The position numbers were made by a program, and so were the translations under genes. The notes under the pieces were generated by a model. The model was not told the origin of the DNA. It ran no database searches and saw only the letters and a program-made list of their open reading frames with translations. Shown in pieces: positions 13,683 to 27,180 of a DNA stretch of 64,000 nt. This DNA is from Octopus sinensis (taxonomy: Eukaryota), in NCBI RefSeq assembly GCF_006345805.1, contig NC_042998.1:133114001-133178000 (forward strand), written 5' to 3'. Each line of letters begins with the position of its first letter. Position 1 is the stretch's first letter.

Positions 13683-15823
13683 TACATATTCACGTGTGGT
13701 ATGTTGAGTTGTATAAGAATCTTTTTGTGTATGTTTTGCGCACTTTTGTTTATAAAAAGTAAAAAATAGCGAAAAGAAAATCAGCCTGTAACCGCACTCC
13801 TTACTCAACACACACATTCAGGCACAAACGCACTCATATACACAGACACTTATACATACATACCCAAAAGCATATTCATGTATAGACCTTTGGTGAAGAT
13901 ATTTTGCAGTGTTTTGTTACGTGCTTTATATTGCGAAATCAAATTGTGCTCGCGACTGCTTTGACTCACCTCACCACATTTTCGAGGTCAATATAACTGG
14001 AAAACATAACTTGAAAGCATTGACACTCCAGAAAATGTTTTATTGAACATGTGTACTCCCTTGAAAACTCCCAAAAGCAAAAGCTATGCAGTTAGCCTTT
14101 AAATTCCTCATTTCTTCCTGATTGTAATTTTTGTTATAAAGAATGTGTATATCTGTGCAATCTAACGTAACAAGGATAAGTTTTACTATCATACTTCTCA
14201 CACTTTTCAATCATTCATGCTGCCCCACATTTTAAAAGAATTCTATTATTGCTTGTTCTTAAACAAAATTTTACGTTCAATTGATTTCTTAATGTTCTAA
14301 TGTCACGCTGGTCCTTGCATCTATATTCGTTTTGCAGTTTACACTGGGTAAATATTCCACAGAGTAACAGAACTATTATTTTCAATAGTAATTCATAATT
14401 GGTTTTGCTTCCATTTTTCTTTTATTTTTATCCATATGTTTTATGAATTTCCCAGTCCTATATTTTCTCTACCCTGTTATTCTTTCCATTTGCATTCTAT
14501 TAATACTTCTCTGCTATATCACAAATGTCTAGTGGTTAACTGTTTCGTTTTCCTTACCCATATCTTACCTTCCCATTTCTGCTTTAAAAAGCTTATTCTG
14601 CATCTTTCACTTATTTCTACCATATTTTTACTATATCTTCAGTTTGCTTGACAAATTTCCTATGAAACATCTTTATCATCTTCTATTTCTATTGCTTGTG
14701 ATATTTTCTGCTTCGTTATTTTCATATTTGTTCTTGATTGCGCACAAAGGTTTTTCTGAATTAGCTTCCACTTCTCTAATTCTAAAATTACCAAAGGGAC
14801 TGTATATATTACATTTATGCATTCCTCTTTTGTTTTTATTTAATTGACTCGTAGCACCTGACGTTCACTGAACGAAGTTTTCAAGCTCCATCGTTGTTGG
14901 TATCACAGATTTATTCAATGAAATTCTTTTGATATAATTTATTTAACGATGTTCCTTCAATGTAATGTTTCGAAAATCCTTCTGACCCCAAAACTTGTTA
15001 TATTCTCCAACTTAATTTTTTTTATTTTGTTTTCTTTCACCGCATCGACTTTGCAGCGTTGAGAATGTAATGTACTGAGTCCTCATAAGTTTATACCCTT
15101 CTTTAAAATAAATATTGCACATATGTTATTACCAAGCTACCGAGAGAGACATAGGTATAAATAATTATAATATAGCATGAATGCCAAATAATGTCAGAGA
15201 GTCTAGAATCCAGAACAGAAGTTCATGTAGACATTATGCTTTCATTAATCGATTTATACTATTGCAATGCGTCTCACCGTCTGAAGTGCCAACATGTTAA
15301 AACACACTACCCCACACGTTACCTATCATCACTTTTGATATTCTTTCCCTATCCGAAGTGCATTTGTTCTACTTCTAGGGGGAGGAATGTCATATAATCA
15401 ACAATCCCTGTTAGAAACTTTCACTTAAATAGCATAAGGACATTCATTACATTTTGCTATCCCTCATGGGAGACGCATTAGAGTACAGCTCGCATATCTG
15501 AGATGATGATGATTCTGATGGTGATTATTAAAACTTCCGAGACTAAAACCAAATGTAAGTCATTAAGCAGATTCGCCTTCACTAAAACGTCACAACCATC
15601 GCCTCACAGACACGCTATTTCTCTTCTATGATTCTTCTACTACTTCCCACAGTATTTGATCGTCTCTAGTTTAACAAACCTCATGAAATCTCGCTGCGTC
15701 ATTGTTGTTATCCCTGCAAATATCAGTCCACAGAAATCGCTTTAAAAGTTTGTGTTCAATCACGCTAGGATTCACTGTTTTCCAACGTTTTATTTATAAA
15801 GTTCGAACTGAAAAGAAAATCGC

Positions 15824-16465
15824 TTCCTCCACCTCCTCCTCATTCCCCTCCACTTATTCTTCTCCTTCCCCTTCTTCCTCCTCCACTTCCCCTTCTTCCT
15901 CCTCCACTTCCTCTTCCTTCCCATCTTCTTCCCCTTCGTCCACCTCTTCCTCTTCCTTCTTTTTCTCCTCCACTTCTTCTTCCTTCTCCTCTTCCACTTC
16001 CTTCCCTTCCTCTTCGCCTTCGTCCACCTCTTCCCCTTCTTTCTTTTCCTCCTCCACTTCTTCTTCTTCCTCCTCCTCTTCCACTTCCTTCCCTTCCATT
16101 TCTTTCACTTTTTCTTTTTCCTCTTCTTCCCCCACTTCTTCTTCTTCTTCCTCTTCCTTCTTTTCCCCCTCCACTTCTTCTTCCTCCTCTTCCACTTCCT
16201 TCCCTTCATCTTCTTTCACTTCCTCTTTTTCCTTGTCTTCCTCCACTTCTTCCTCCTCTTCTTCCACTTCCTTCTTTTCCTCCTCCACTTCTCCTTCCAC
16301 TTCATTCCCTTCCTATTCTTTCACTTCCTCATTTTCCTCTTCTTCCTCCACTTCCTCTTCCATCCTCTTCCCATCCTCTTCCTCCTCCCTTTCTCTTCGT
16401 CCTCTTCACTTCCTCTTCTTCCACTTCCTCGTTTCCTCTTTTTCTTTCTCCACTTCCTCTTATCT
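15824..16465. repeat. Polypyrimidine/polypurine (CTT/CCT-based) degenerate minisatellite
   Basis: About 640 bp almost purely C/T on the plus strand, with recurring TCCACTTC motifs. Confidence 0.9.
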
Positions 16466-16523
16466 TCAGAACAGAAACAGTTGCATACAGTTATAAAAAC
16501 ATCATTTTGCATATACGTATACA

Positions 16524-17777
16524 CAGAGTGTCCCAAAATTTAAGCAACCAACTTTTTTCAATTTTGCCAAAGCAAAATATTGTTATATTTTATGTCCGAG
16601 AGTTGCAATACAATGGTAAAGGAAACACAATTATGACACTACTACATTTATTCGATATCACTACTTCTGTTTCAAATCACAGCTTTATATCTCGGGGCAA
16701 ATGCTTTACACGCGGTACGCAGCCGTTCTTATGGAATCGAAGCCAATTTCTGCCACAGTTTTGCCTTCAGAACGCCAAGCGAAGCATGAGGAGTGCTATA
16801 GACCCTCGTCTCCAAAATGGATCAAACAGGTTGAGATCAGGGATTCTCGAGGGCTATACATCCTAGCTTATGAACGAAGGAATGTTTTGCTGAATCCAGT
16901 GTTGTGTCTGTTTGGAGCTGTGGGATAGTATTAAGTCTCGTTGGAGACTCCAAGGTACGTCTTGAAAGTGTACAATTGGCCCATGGAAGCAGTTCAGCTT
17001 CCAGAATATCGCTAATGTATCGCTGGGTGTTAATTTTAACACCGGAGGGTATGAAAACGAGGGGAGACCATCCAGTGAGTGTCACAGACGCCCAAACTAT
17101 AACTGACTGTGGATTTTGACGTCGAATTACGCATCAACGTCAACAGAGCTAGATACACTCCAAAGACGGTCATTCTAGTGGTTTACAGTTTCTTCGAAAT
17201 CAGTTTTCTTTTTCTCAGTGAACACCAGGTTGGGCAGCGTGCCTTCAGCAATCTGACACAGGATAAGTTGACTTCTCTCCAGTCTCATGGCTTTATACAC
17301 TCGCGTGAGCTCATGACGACGGATCATCTTGAAACCGGTGGGTCCTGAGATCCTCTTTCAGCACTTGAAACATCGATGTTCGGTTCATTATTGCTGTGAC
17401 AGCCAGTATCCTGACGGAACGATGAGGATTTCGCAATATCTTCCGTCTGGTACTTTTCATAAACTGAGGGATCCGCACACTTCTTTTTCGGCCACGTCCA
17501 GGTTGACTAACAATCTCTCGAAATTTCTTGAAAATTTTCCAGGCTAATGTTCGGTTAATTTTAAGCTTTTTTTGCTGTAGTTGCATTGCTTTCGCTTCCT
17601 TTGTGGAGGGCTATGATTGTATTTCGATCTATATCTAATTTATAAATTTGAGTTTATTTAGTCTGAAACAAAAAGAAGACACACTAAGCTTTTCTAATAA
17701 TATATAATTTTCATATCACATTTGCTGATAGTTATTAAAGTACGAAACTTCGCTTGCCTTAATTTCGGGATACTCTG
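16524..17777 (-). mobile_element. Degenerate Tc1/mariner-superfamily transposon, probably maT (DD37D-like)
   Basis: Imperfect TIRs CAGAGTGTCCCAAAATT and CAGAGTATCCCGAAATT, with TA outside the right end. Minus-strand transposase remnants: HTH region (PGRGRKRSVR..ILRNPHRSVR), LVFTEKK..NDRLW, GWSPLVFIPSGVKINTQRYISDILE, and IPSFIS*DV*PSRIPDLNLFD resembling the WPxxSPDLNPLD motif. Multiple stops and frameshifts. Confidence 0.88.
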
Positions 17778-17984
17778 TATGTATGTATGTATGTATGTAT
17801 GTATGTATGTATGTATGTATGTATGTATGTATGTATGTATGTACATACATATACACACACATATATATATATATACATTACATAAATATATATTTATACA
17901 TATATATATTTATATATCTATATATACATATATGTACCTACATATACATACATAACTATGTATTTATCTATGCACATACACACG

Positions 17985-18028
<44 letters not shown>

Positions 18029-18389
18029 GACACACACACACATATGATCAATGGAGTGTGTGTGCGCGTGCGTGCGCACGAGTGTCTATATTTGAAGATA
18101 ATCAATTAAGTCTCTATTATAATTGTTCCATCTTTTAGGCTTAAGGTTTCACTTGTATATCACGATTTTCAGAAGGAAAGTGAACCTGAAAGCACGCAAC
18201 TAATATTAGAAGTAGCTTGAAATGCGGTAAATCTTGTAAGAAATGGGAAGCAATATATCTGCAAGAAACCTAAAACATAAACAAGCGTATAATCGTAGGA
18301 CACTTGTGATCGGCGCAACGACATTAGGGTTGCGATTGCATGTTACTGTACGCTATACTCAGTTCTCAATGACATATCATATCATGTCA

Positions 18390-18471
<82 letters not shown>

Positions 18472-18489
18472 CCTATCTATCTATCTATC

Positions 18490-18521
<32 letters not shown>

Positions 18522-18564
18522 CGTATATTTGTATGTATGTATGCATATAGGTGTGTGTATATAC

Positions 18565-18601
<37 letters not shown>

Positions 18602-18804
18602 AAGGGAGAGAGAGGGAAAGGGAGAGAGATGTATATATATATAGGTATATATATGTATAGATAGATATATACAAACACACATATACATACATACACACAT
18701 ATTGTTGCTTAATGCTCACTGCTATTACAGATTTGTGTCAATGCGTCTGCCGTTATACAGGACAACACCAACTACATTCATAGATATCAAATAACAATAT
18801 ATAT

Positions 18805-18866
<62 letters not shown>

Positions 18867-19832
18867 GCATATATATATTATATGAGGTGGGGGTGTTGGT
18901 GTATATATATGAGCTTGTGAACACGTATATGTCCAAGGATTTCTACAGTAATTTTTATTAGTTGCTAAACGTTTGTAGATATGGCGATTGACGACTCTGG
19001 AATGTAAAGCAAAAGCCACTTTCGTTTCATTTGAACTCAATATATAAATGAGTGTATCTAAATACGAAAAGACATTTCGTACAAATAATTTGTGCTCCCT
19101 AAGGTTTGTATTTTCCAAATATTGTATTGTTTTATAACCTGAATGCAAAGCAAAAGACGGGCAGTAACATAAGCCAAAGCAACATCTTAATATTCATTTC
19201 TAACACAGTACAAAGCCACAAACTATGAGGCAGTCGTTACAATATTTGACTTGTATCGACTTCTGCCGGCTCAAAAACTTCACTCGGCTGCGATTTGAAA
19301 CTCTGAATGTAAACTGACGGAGCTAAATACCATAGAATATTTTGTCAAGCCCTCTGACAGTTCATCAACCTATCGCCGACCTATACTTGTTAATAAGGAT
19401 TTATAACATAGGTATAAGATAAACACATTTGGTAAAGATATGTGCCTACTAAATTGATCCAGTACTTCACTGCTAATTATTTCTTCTCTCTCGAAAGATG
19501 AAAAGCAAATTCGTCTCCGGTGGGGTTTTTGATCTAAGGATTTAACGAGACGTAACTAAATACTGCAAGGCTTGTGTCTATCACTCCTTTTTATGTGTAA
19601 TATTATTACTTTACCTCACAGAAACGTGAACTGGCAGACTTACGGAATTTCTCGCAGCTCTATAAAACCAGAGCTCAAATTTTGCTGAGGCCAGCCTTGC
19701 CTTTCATCGTTTCGTGATCAGTAATGTAAAGCATCAGCCAAGTACTGGGGTCGTTATAAATAACTGTTTCCCTCCTGTTCTAAGGGCCTTGTACCTGTAT
19801 TAGGAACAGTTGTTTATAGAGCTAATATTGCA

Positions 19833-20014
19833 GGGTAGTGAGCTGGCAGAATCGTTAGCACACGGGGAAAAATGCTTAGCGACATTTCATCCGTCTTTAT
19901 GTTCTGAGTTCAAATTCCACGAGGTCGACTTTGCCTTTCATCCTTTCGGGACCGATAAAATAAGTACCAACTGAGCATCCCCGAAACCGCTGGCCTTGTG
20001 CCAAAGTTTGAAAT
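19833..20014 (+). mobile_element. SINE family A copy
   Basis: AGCTGGCAGAATCGTTAGCAC..GAGTTCAAATTCC..GGCCTTGTGCC. Confidence 0.88.
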
Positions 20015-23000
20015 TAATATACTTTGTATGGCAAGAAATATTGCTAAGAGAATGATAAACAGAAAAGACAAAACTATTTTTACAAAATTCTGACGTATTT
20101 ACATAGCATAATCAGTAGAGAACAAGACAGAATGTCTTGCTATCGTTTGTTCGTTATTTTATGTTCTGTGTTTAAATATTCCCAAGATTAACGTCGCCGT
20201 TTATCCTTCAGTTGTCGAAGTACATATCAATTATTGGGGTAAATACGGTTGATGATACGTCTTCTCCAAAGTTGTTGCTTTGTGCTTAAATTAGAAACCA
20301 GCATATGCTGAAGTATTTGCATTTCCTTTGCAGGAGAAAGTGTTGCTAATAACGTGATAGACATGGAGATATTTCGTAAGCAACAACGAAAAACTGCTAG
20401 ATATGAACTGTTCATATGATGTGAAAAATTAAATCAACAAAAAAGGATTATTGCAGCTATTGCTTAATCCCAGGAAAGTTGCGATTCGTCAGACTTATAA
20501 GCAAAGGCGATCTAGTGGTGACCATCCTTCTTAAAGCACAGTAGGCTATATTATCCATATGGAGATATCAGGTGGTATGTTTGAATTGTTTGTTTCAAGA
20601 AAAGGGAAGTGATTAAACAATGAGAGTATTTCGATCCTTGCTCCGAACTGATGAAATTCATGAATTTATTGGATTTAGTCGACTGCATAAGCTACACTAC
20701 AAATCTGCTACTTATTTCGTCTGGGGTAATTTCAGTAGACTGGAACTCAGAGACTTGAAAGACGAAACTAAATACCAAATTATTTTCAAATCACCAATCC
20801 TGTCTACCGTTTCTTGCTTTTCGACGCCTTGAAAATGGAACGAGAGTATAATGGCCTCATTTCAAAGAAAAATGTTCTCTCAATGAATTGACATTCGCAT
20901 CCGCCTTTTTGCAACTCACACAGCAATGCAGCGAGAAGAAAACTTTAAGTTGGAAGCTTCATGTCTTCTCTGTTTTGACAGTCCTTTATCCAGCTTCTAC
21001 TCGTTCCAATGCTTAGAATTGAGTAGTTTCTATTTGTCTAAAGACTTATACTTGTTACTAGCAGTGAATCCAAACAAGTGATATAAGCTTTAGAAAGCGT
21101 TCAGACAGTGTTCTCGAGATTTCAGGATCATATGTATGCGGGAGCAGCCATTTGTTTTCACATGTATATTACTACAGTAGGATTAAGAATTATACTAATT
21201 CTAGTTAAACCAGCTACACATTCAACCGGTAACAGAGATAATGATATACAACATACACAATATGTAAAATCACGCATAAACAAATATACATACGCACACT
21301 CAAATATATAAAACTTTATCAGTCACCCTTCCACTTCTTTCTTCTCAATAGTTCTCTCTCTCTCCACCCTCTCTCATCCTCCCTCTCCTTATTTGACAAA
21401 CTAGTTCAATCTAATTTACTTCCTAAACAATCGTAGTTAAAATTAGTTGCCGAAAGCAAAACTGCATAACTTGATATCATTACCTAACATACTAATTAAT
21501 ACTTTTAAATCTGTTTAACATGTAAAGAACATATAGTATAGAAATGCTCAAAATTGTTAATCTATCGTTAAATAAAGTAAACACGTTGTCGCTCGACCTC
21601 CGAGAAATAACAGCCTAACTTCTCTCAGATCACTCTCTGTCGTCTAAAAAATGAAGGGCATACAAGATTATGTAATCTTTGATACACTACTTGTGGATAA
21701 AAATTTAATGATGAGCATGATTGGAGCGCCTATAACATATGGGTCTACTGGAGAGGTTTCATCTGTTACTAAGCATCAACTTAGCGAATTTCTAATCTTT
21801 CTGAACTACTAAAGGTAAAAAGTCAAGGCTTCCTGCAAAACTTTCACATGAAATTGACTTTGCTAAGTGATAACAAATAAATGATATGTTGGAGTAGGTT
21901 CCTCTTCAGAATGTGAGGTGGTAAGTCACTCTAGATCATATAACTTGGTTGAGGAACCATTGACGGGGGAAGTGAGAAGATGGTCCAGCATGGATTTCCC
22001 TTCCCTTTCTTCGTATTGATGATCATTAAAGTGAATTGTGGTTGTTGGAAACTATAATCATTTGGTTAAAAATTTGCTTTACAATGAGAAGGTTTCCAGT
22101 TCAATCCTATTGGACTGTGCTCTCCACCACAGCTTTGGATTGATATAAGCATTATGAATAAAACTGAATATATAAATACTGCGTGGTTTCCTTTCAGATG
22201 GATAGTACGTCATTATGTGATAGATTTCATCGGGACATAGTTGAACTCTATCAATTTTCCTTTCTTTGCATTTAGCAGTATCTACTCTATTGCAAGTAAT
22301 CATATCCTGATCTTAGAATAACCAAATATTTTGATATATCACTTCCTACTGCAGCAGCCTGTCAGTGGTAGCTTCTTCGACCTTTTCACCCATCAGATTC
22401 AGAAGCCCTGTAAAAGGCCATGGATAATACAGGACCCTCTCTGACTATTCCTTAAAATCAATCGGTAAAGAGCCGTCTTATAACATCCTCTACGGAATCC
22501 GTCCCAGCCGCTACCTTTTCTTTCTTTTCTATTTTGAGGGTGTACTGTAAGACTTTTCAAATCATTAACACCGTGTAAAATAAATACAGCTGATAATAGT
22601 TTATGCTCTGTTTCCTTTATATACTTCTAACCAGGGCGCATCATATTGAACTTAATCCCTGCACCTTATATAGAACGAGATATTTCTCTAAACAACGCGG
22701 TTACTTTCAAATGACAATATGTGCAGTTACTTAAAACCTGTTATCACCAGTTCATAGATCATACTCATGTGTTTCATCATATCTTTTCTATGAGAGCCAC
22801 CGCTTTCTCATTCTAAATTATTGATTTGTTTTGACGGAAATAAGGTATTTTATCACACATCCGTGACACATTCACCATGTTCTATTCCAGTGGAGGCATT
22901 GAATTTACATTTTAAATTATCGATTAGTGTTGCAGGAATGTCATATCTGAAATGAATTAAAATTTCAAAAAAGAAAAAGTATTGAGAATGAACAAAAAAG

Positions 23001-23761
23001 AATCATAATTTCACTCGTCTAAATTTAATCATGTTTTAAAAAATCACATTTTATTACAAACAAGCATTCGAGAATGAAACGAGGAAAAGAGTTAAAATGA
23101 GAAAAAAAAAATAGAAGACTCATAATTATTAAAAGGTTTCACAGAAATTCAAAATATGTAAGCCTGGCAAACTGGGTTTTGAACATTTTCTCATCCTCTA
23201 CTGGTTATCAAGGATCTTCCCGCCGCTACAACGAGTTTCACGCTTCCGTTTTTCAGCGCAATTATTGTTCAGTAGAGACAGCCAAAATGATATAAGGTAT
23301 ACAGTCCTGGTCGATGATAAGATAAAAGGATAAGATAAATAAAAAAGCATATGCGAATACAGTGCTTATGGTTTATAAAAAATAATCGAGAACACCGTTA
23401 CTGATATGTAATGGTACAAAGAGGCAATTCATATGTGAATAAATAAAATTAATTAAATTTAGACACACATATGTAAAGATTTGTATACACGCCTTTCAAT
23501 TTATATGCTCATATGAATTCATAACAAGGTGTTAACCATAAATTCCTTAGCTGCTCCAGTTATTACTTATATTTTCAATGTGTTGAACTGGAATATCAAT
23601 GAAATAAAGAAAAGAAAATTTATAAGAAAAATTTTACGCTGCTGATTTGTAACAAGATGTACCACACAAAAAGAAGAGCACTTGAACAATTGGTTGGTAG
23701 GCGGGAGCAGAAACTTCTCCATAGCAAATGTGTAGCCCGCAGCAAACACGGTGTTGTTGAA

Positions 23762-24432
23762 CAGAAGTATACCCATCAGTGGCTAGGATGCTCAATGATA
23801 AAGGTAAAGTGCAAATGATTCATCTTAGTTGCTCAAGATCAACGCCTATTGACCCGTAACTACCAAGACAAATGTGATGAAACAGGAAGTAGATATAAAA
23901 CGTCGATGTGACTGAAACAGTGGACCATCTAATCTCTGGATTTAAAGCCTTAGTACCAGTGGAGTATAAATCAAATCAAGACAGAGTTGGCCAATGTTTA
24001 CATTGTTTAAATTGTCGGCAGGTTTTGATTTTATAATCACCACCCCGAGGTTGTAAATGAGGGAGAAAATATAATGATTCTTTGGACTTTCCAGTACATA
24101 CAGACCGAACCATGAAAACTAATAAACCGTATGTTGTGAAAGACCAAAGCAATAAAGTTTGTTTATTGATTGACATGAGAATTTCTTGTGATCATAATAT
24201 CTCGGTAAAAGAATTTGACAAGCTCAAAAAATATAAAGATTTGCTCATAGAAACTGAAAAAAAAATGTGGCATCTCAAGGCAGTTACAATACCAATGATT
24301 GTAGAAGCACTTGGAATGATCAAAAAAGGAACCGAAAATTATTTGAGAATGATTGTTGGCTAACCATGCCTACAAGAAATGCAAAAGATTGTTTTAACTA
24401 GTAAGTCACACGTATTGAGAACGATTACTACC
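23762..24432 (+). mobile_element. 3' fragment of an RLE-type non-LTR retrotransposon (R4/Dong-like), family 1
   Basis: Broken frames read KYTHQWL..AQDQRLLTRNYQ and DFPVHTDRTMKTNKP..VCLLIDMRISCDHNISVKEFDKLKKYKDL..VTIPMIVEALG..LQEMQKIVL, typical of the C-terminal restriction-like endonuclease region. Confidence 0.85.
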
Positions 24433-26205
24433 TATGTATTTTTATATTTTTTTTTTATTTACTTTTTTTCACATAACCTCATTTCATTTTGAAAATGAAC
24501 AACATGGTGTGTTTAGTTTAATGGCCTATCAAGGAGTTTCTTTGTCCTTGCAATTGGGAAAACGTCGGCAAGAAAACAAAATTGAGAGAAGAAAATCTCA
24601 TACTAATAATATCAGAAACGAAAAGAGAGCATGGTACTGTAGGCTGCAGGCAGCAAGCTCTCTACTCTACACACGCATGATTCCAGGAGTTCCCACAAAG
24701 CCTCATTTTTCTTTCTTCTTTCTTTCCTCTGTATTTCTTCTTTTCTTCTATCACAACACTGTAAATGAATAATCTGGTGCGTTTATTTTGATGGCCTACC
24801 AATGTATACTGTGAGTTTCTTTGCCCTAGGTGTTGGGTAGACACTCGGCAATAAAGAGAAGCAAAATTGAAAGGAAAATATAATAATAAAAGTAATAATA
24901 TAAAACAAGTTACAATAATTATTACAACAATCTTGTATTTTTTAATGCCAGGTGGGGAAACAATGACCAATTGCAGAAACAGTAGACAGTTTTAAGATCG
25001 AGGGAAAGAAAAAAAAACTATAAATTAGATGAAGGGAAAAATGTGTGTCATATAGAAAAATTTCGATTTGTAATGGCATATATTTATAAAGGGTAACAAC
25101 TACAATGATAATATCTTTAGACTTGATGGAAGCAAAAAAAAAACTCTTTTTATTCTTCAGAAGTTAATACCTACACTGTGCATACAAATACGAAGAACAG
25201 CAGCGATAAGAACATGGAGTAAAACCACAATAGAAACAAGAACCATATAAACGCTAAGACTGCTTACATGCCTTATCTATAATGAAAATTCACTATAAAT
25301 AAGGTATTAATAAAGAATAAAAAAAGAGAAAGTGTTCGCGAAACCAGCCGCAGAAATGCAGAACGGTTGACGAAATAAATCAAGAAACAACAAAAATAAC
25401 AATCAGTATAAATCACACAAAAAAAATCCGAATGATAATATATAACATTAATTATAATAGTTCATTAAACATTTTTTATTAGTTATATTATGACTTGACA
25501 TAATAACAGAAAAAATTTACTCCATCTTTTATCAACAATACAAATAATAAAGTAGAGCAAATTGCGTCCATAAATGGTGAATTATGTTTTTATTGCCTAT
25601 ACATTTTTTTGTTATTTTTTTTTTTTTTAAAGACATCTTTTATTTTCGTTCATTTTCTGTCCTGCTACCACCACCGCATCACACACACATACACATCTCA
25701 AGATTGTGTCCTTCATTTCTTTTTTTCCTCTCGAAAGCTTCCATTGATGATAGTTATTGAACTATTATGAACTGAAATTTACAACTAACTATAAAGGAAA
25801 TACAAATACATTGCATTGTTTTCTTTTTTCTTTACATAAAAAACAAAACTAAACAACGACAAATTGTTTAGTTGACGAGATTATTGACAACAAAATAGAT
25901 GACAGCATGCTGTCTAATCTCTATAATATGTTCCGTTGTAACCAATGGACATTGTAAGCAAATTTAAATCTAATTATATAGTTTTTTCCCTCTCTGTCTT
26001 CCTCTTTCCCCTCCGCTTTCTCTCTTTCTCTGTCTCTTTCATTGCTTACGTACATACACATGCATTTCACTTAGTGCTTCCACTTTCTGGGGTTTTTTTT
26101 ACGTTATTTGCTTGCAAAATGCTTTTTTGTTACTTTAGCTCTTTTCGTTGAGGAAAGAGATCTATCGTGTGTATATATATATATATGTATTTGCGTCCAT
26201 GTATG

Positions 26206-26236
<31 letters not shown>

Positions 26237-26329
26237 TATATATAGGTAAACAGTAAAAGTAATTACAGACATGGACAAGAACATGAAACACCACAGAGAC
26301 GACACAAGAACCACAGGACGGGACATTCG

Positions 26330-26397
26330 AAGCCCTCAATCATCAGTCAAGAACCAGATCATCTTAGCAATTTCGGCTGATTAATCTTGAGATTGCT
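26330..26397 (-). ncRNA. Hammerhead-like motif with non-standard strand order (copy 1)
   Basis: Minus strand reads AGCAA-UC-UCAAGA-uuaaucagcc-GAAA-UUGCU-aagaugaucuggu-UCUUGA-CUGAUGA. Stems I and III are perfect; stem II is non-canonical. Confidence 0.45.
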
Positions 26398-27112
26398 CCG
26401 ATATGGGCAGCCCGCCAAGGGAAATCTAAGCCAAGCGCATTAGATCCCCTGGAAGAAAGCTTCGAATGTATACAACACGAGGACGGAAAACGAACGAAGT
26501 ACACGAACAAAAATACAGAATACGTGACACCAATAAGAATACAAAAACGTAAAAACAATAACGGTAAAAATAAAAAACAAAACGAAACCAGGACGTAGGA
26601 CAAGGGTCTTTCGACAGGACGAGTTGAGTATGGGGCTGGCTTGTGAAGTTGTGCCTAATGGCCGCAGGGAGACGAACAAATACGTGTTGCTTCGGCGGCT
26701 GCTGGAACGAAAAGAGCGCTCAACAGCGGCTAGCGGTCACGTGAGAACAAAAGACAGGAGAAAGGGACAGATGAAAAGAGAGAGAAGGTGGACGAGGGAG
26801 GAGAAGAAAGAGACAGATCGAGGGGGCTGGAGGTGAGAGAGATAGAGAAACGTAGAAGGGGGGGGGGAGGCGGATGGGGGGAGGGGGGAGGGAGAAGAAA
26901 GGAAGGGGAATAAGGGAGGAGAGAGAGAGAGAGAGAAAGAGACAGATTAAGAGTCGTATCAATGCTAGAGAAAAAAATATACTTATCGTATAAGGACAAT
27001 TGTGGATACGTAGCCGCCGATTATATAGGTAAACAGTAAAAATAATTACAGACATGGACAAGAACATGAAACACCACAGAGACGACACAAGAACCACAGG
27101 ACGGGACATTCG

Positions 27113-27180
27113 AAGCCCTCAGTCATCAGTCAAGAACCAGATCATCTTAGCAATTTCGGCTGATTAATCTTGAGATTGCT
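27113..27180 (-). ncRNA. Hammerhead-like motif with non-standard strand order (copy 2)
   Basis: Same motif as 26330-26397; the only difference is the base after CUGAUGA (C versus U). Confidence 0.45.

Noticed and set aside
14100-14800. Possible decayed gag or zinc-knuckle relic (KCGAA*MIEKC..PCYV on the minus strand)
   Set aside because: Too degenerate: stops interrupt the motif and no LTR, protease or RT support was seen.
15702-16496. 264-aa Ser-rich ORF, the longest in the track
   Set aside because: It is the plus-strand reading of a C/T-only tract, which cannot contain stop codons.
24980-26100. U-rich stretch resembling a minus-strand 3' UTR
   Set aside because: Composition alone; no terminal coding exon could be linked to it.
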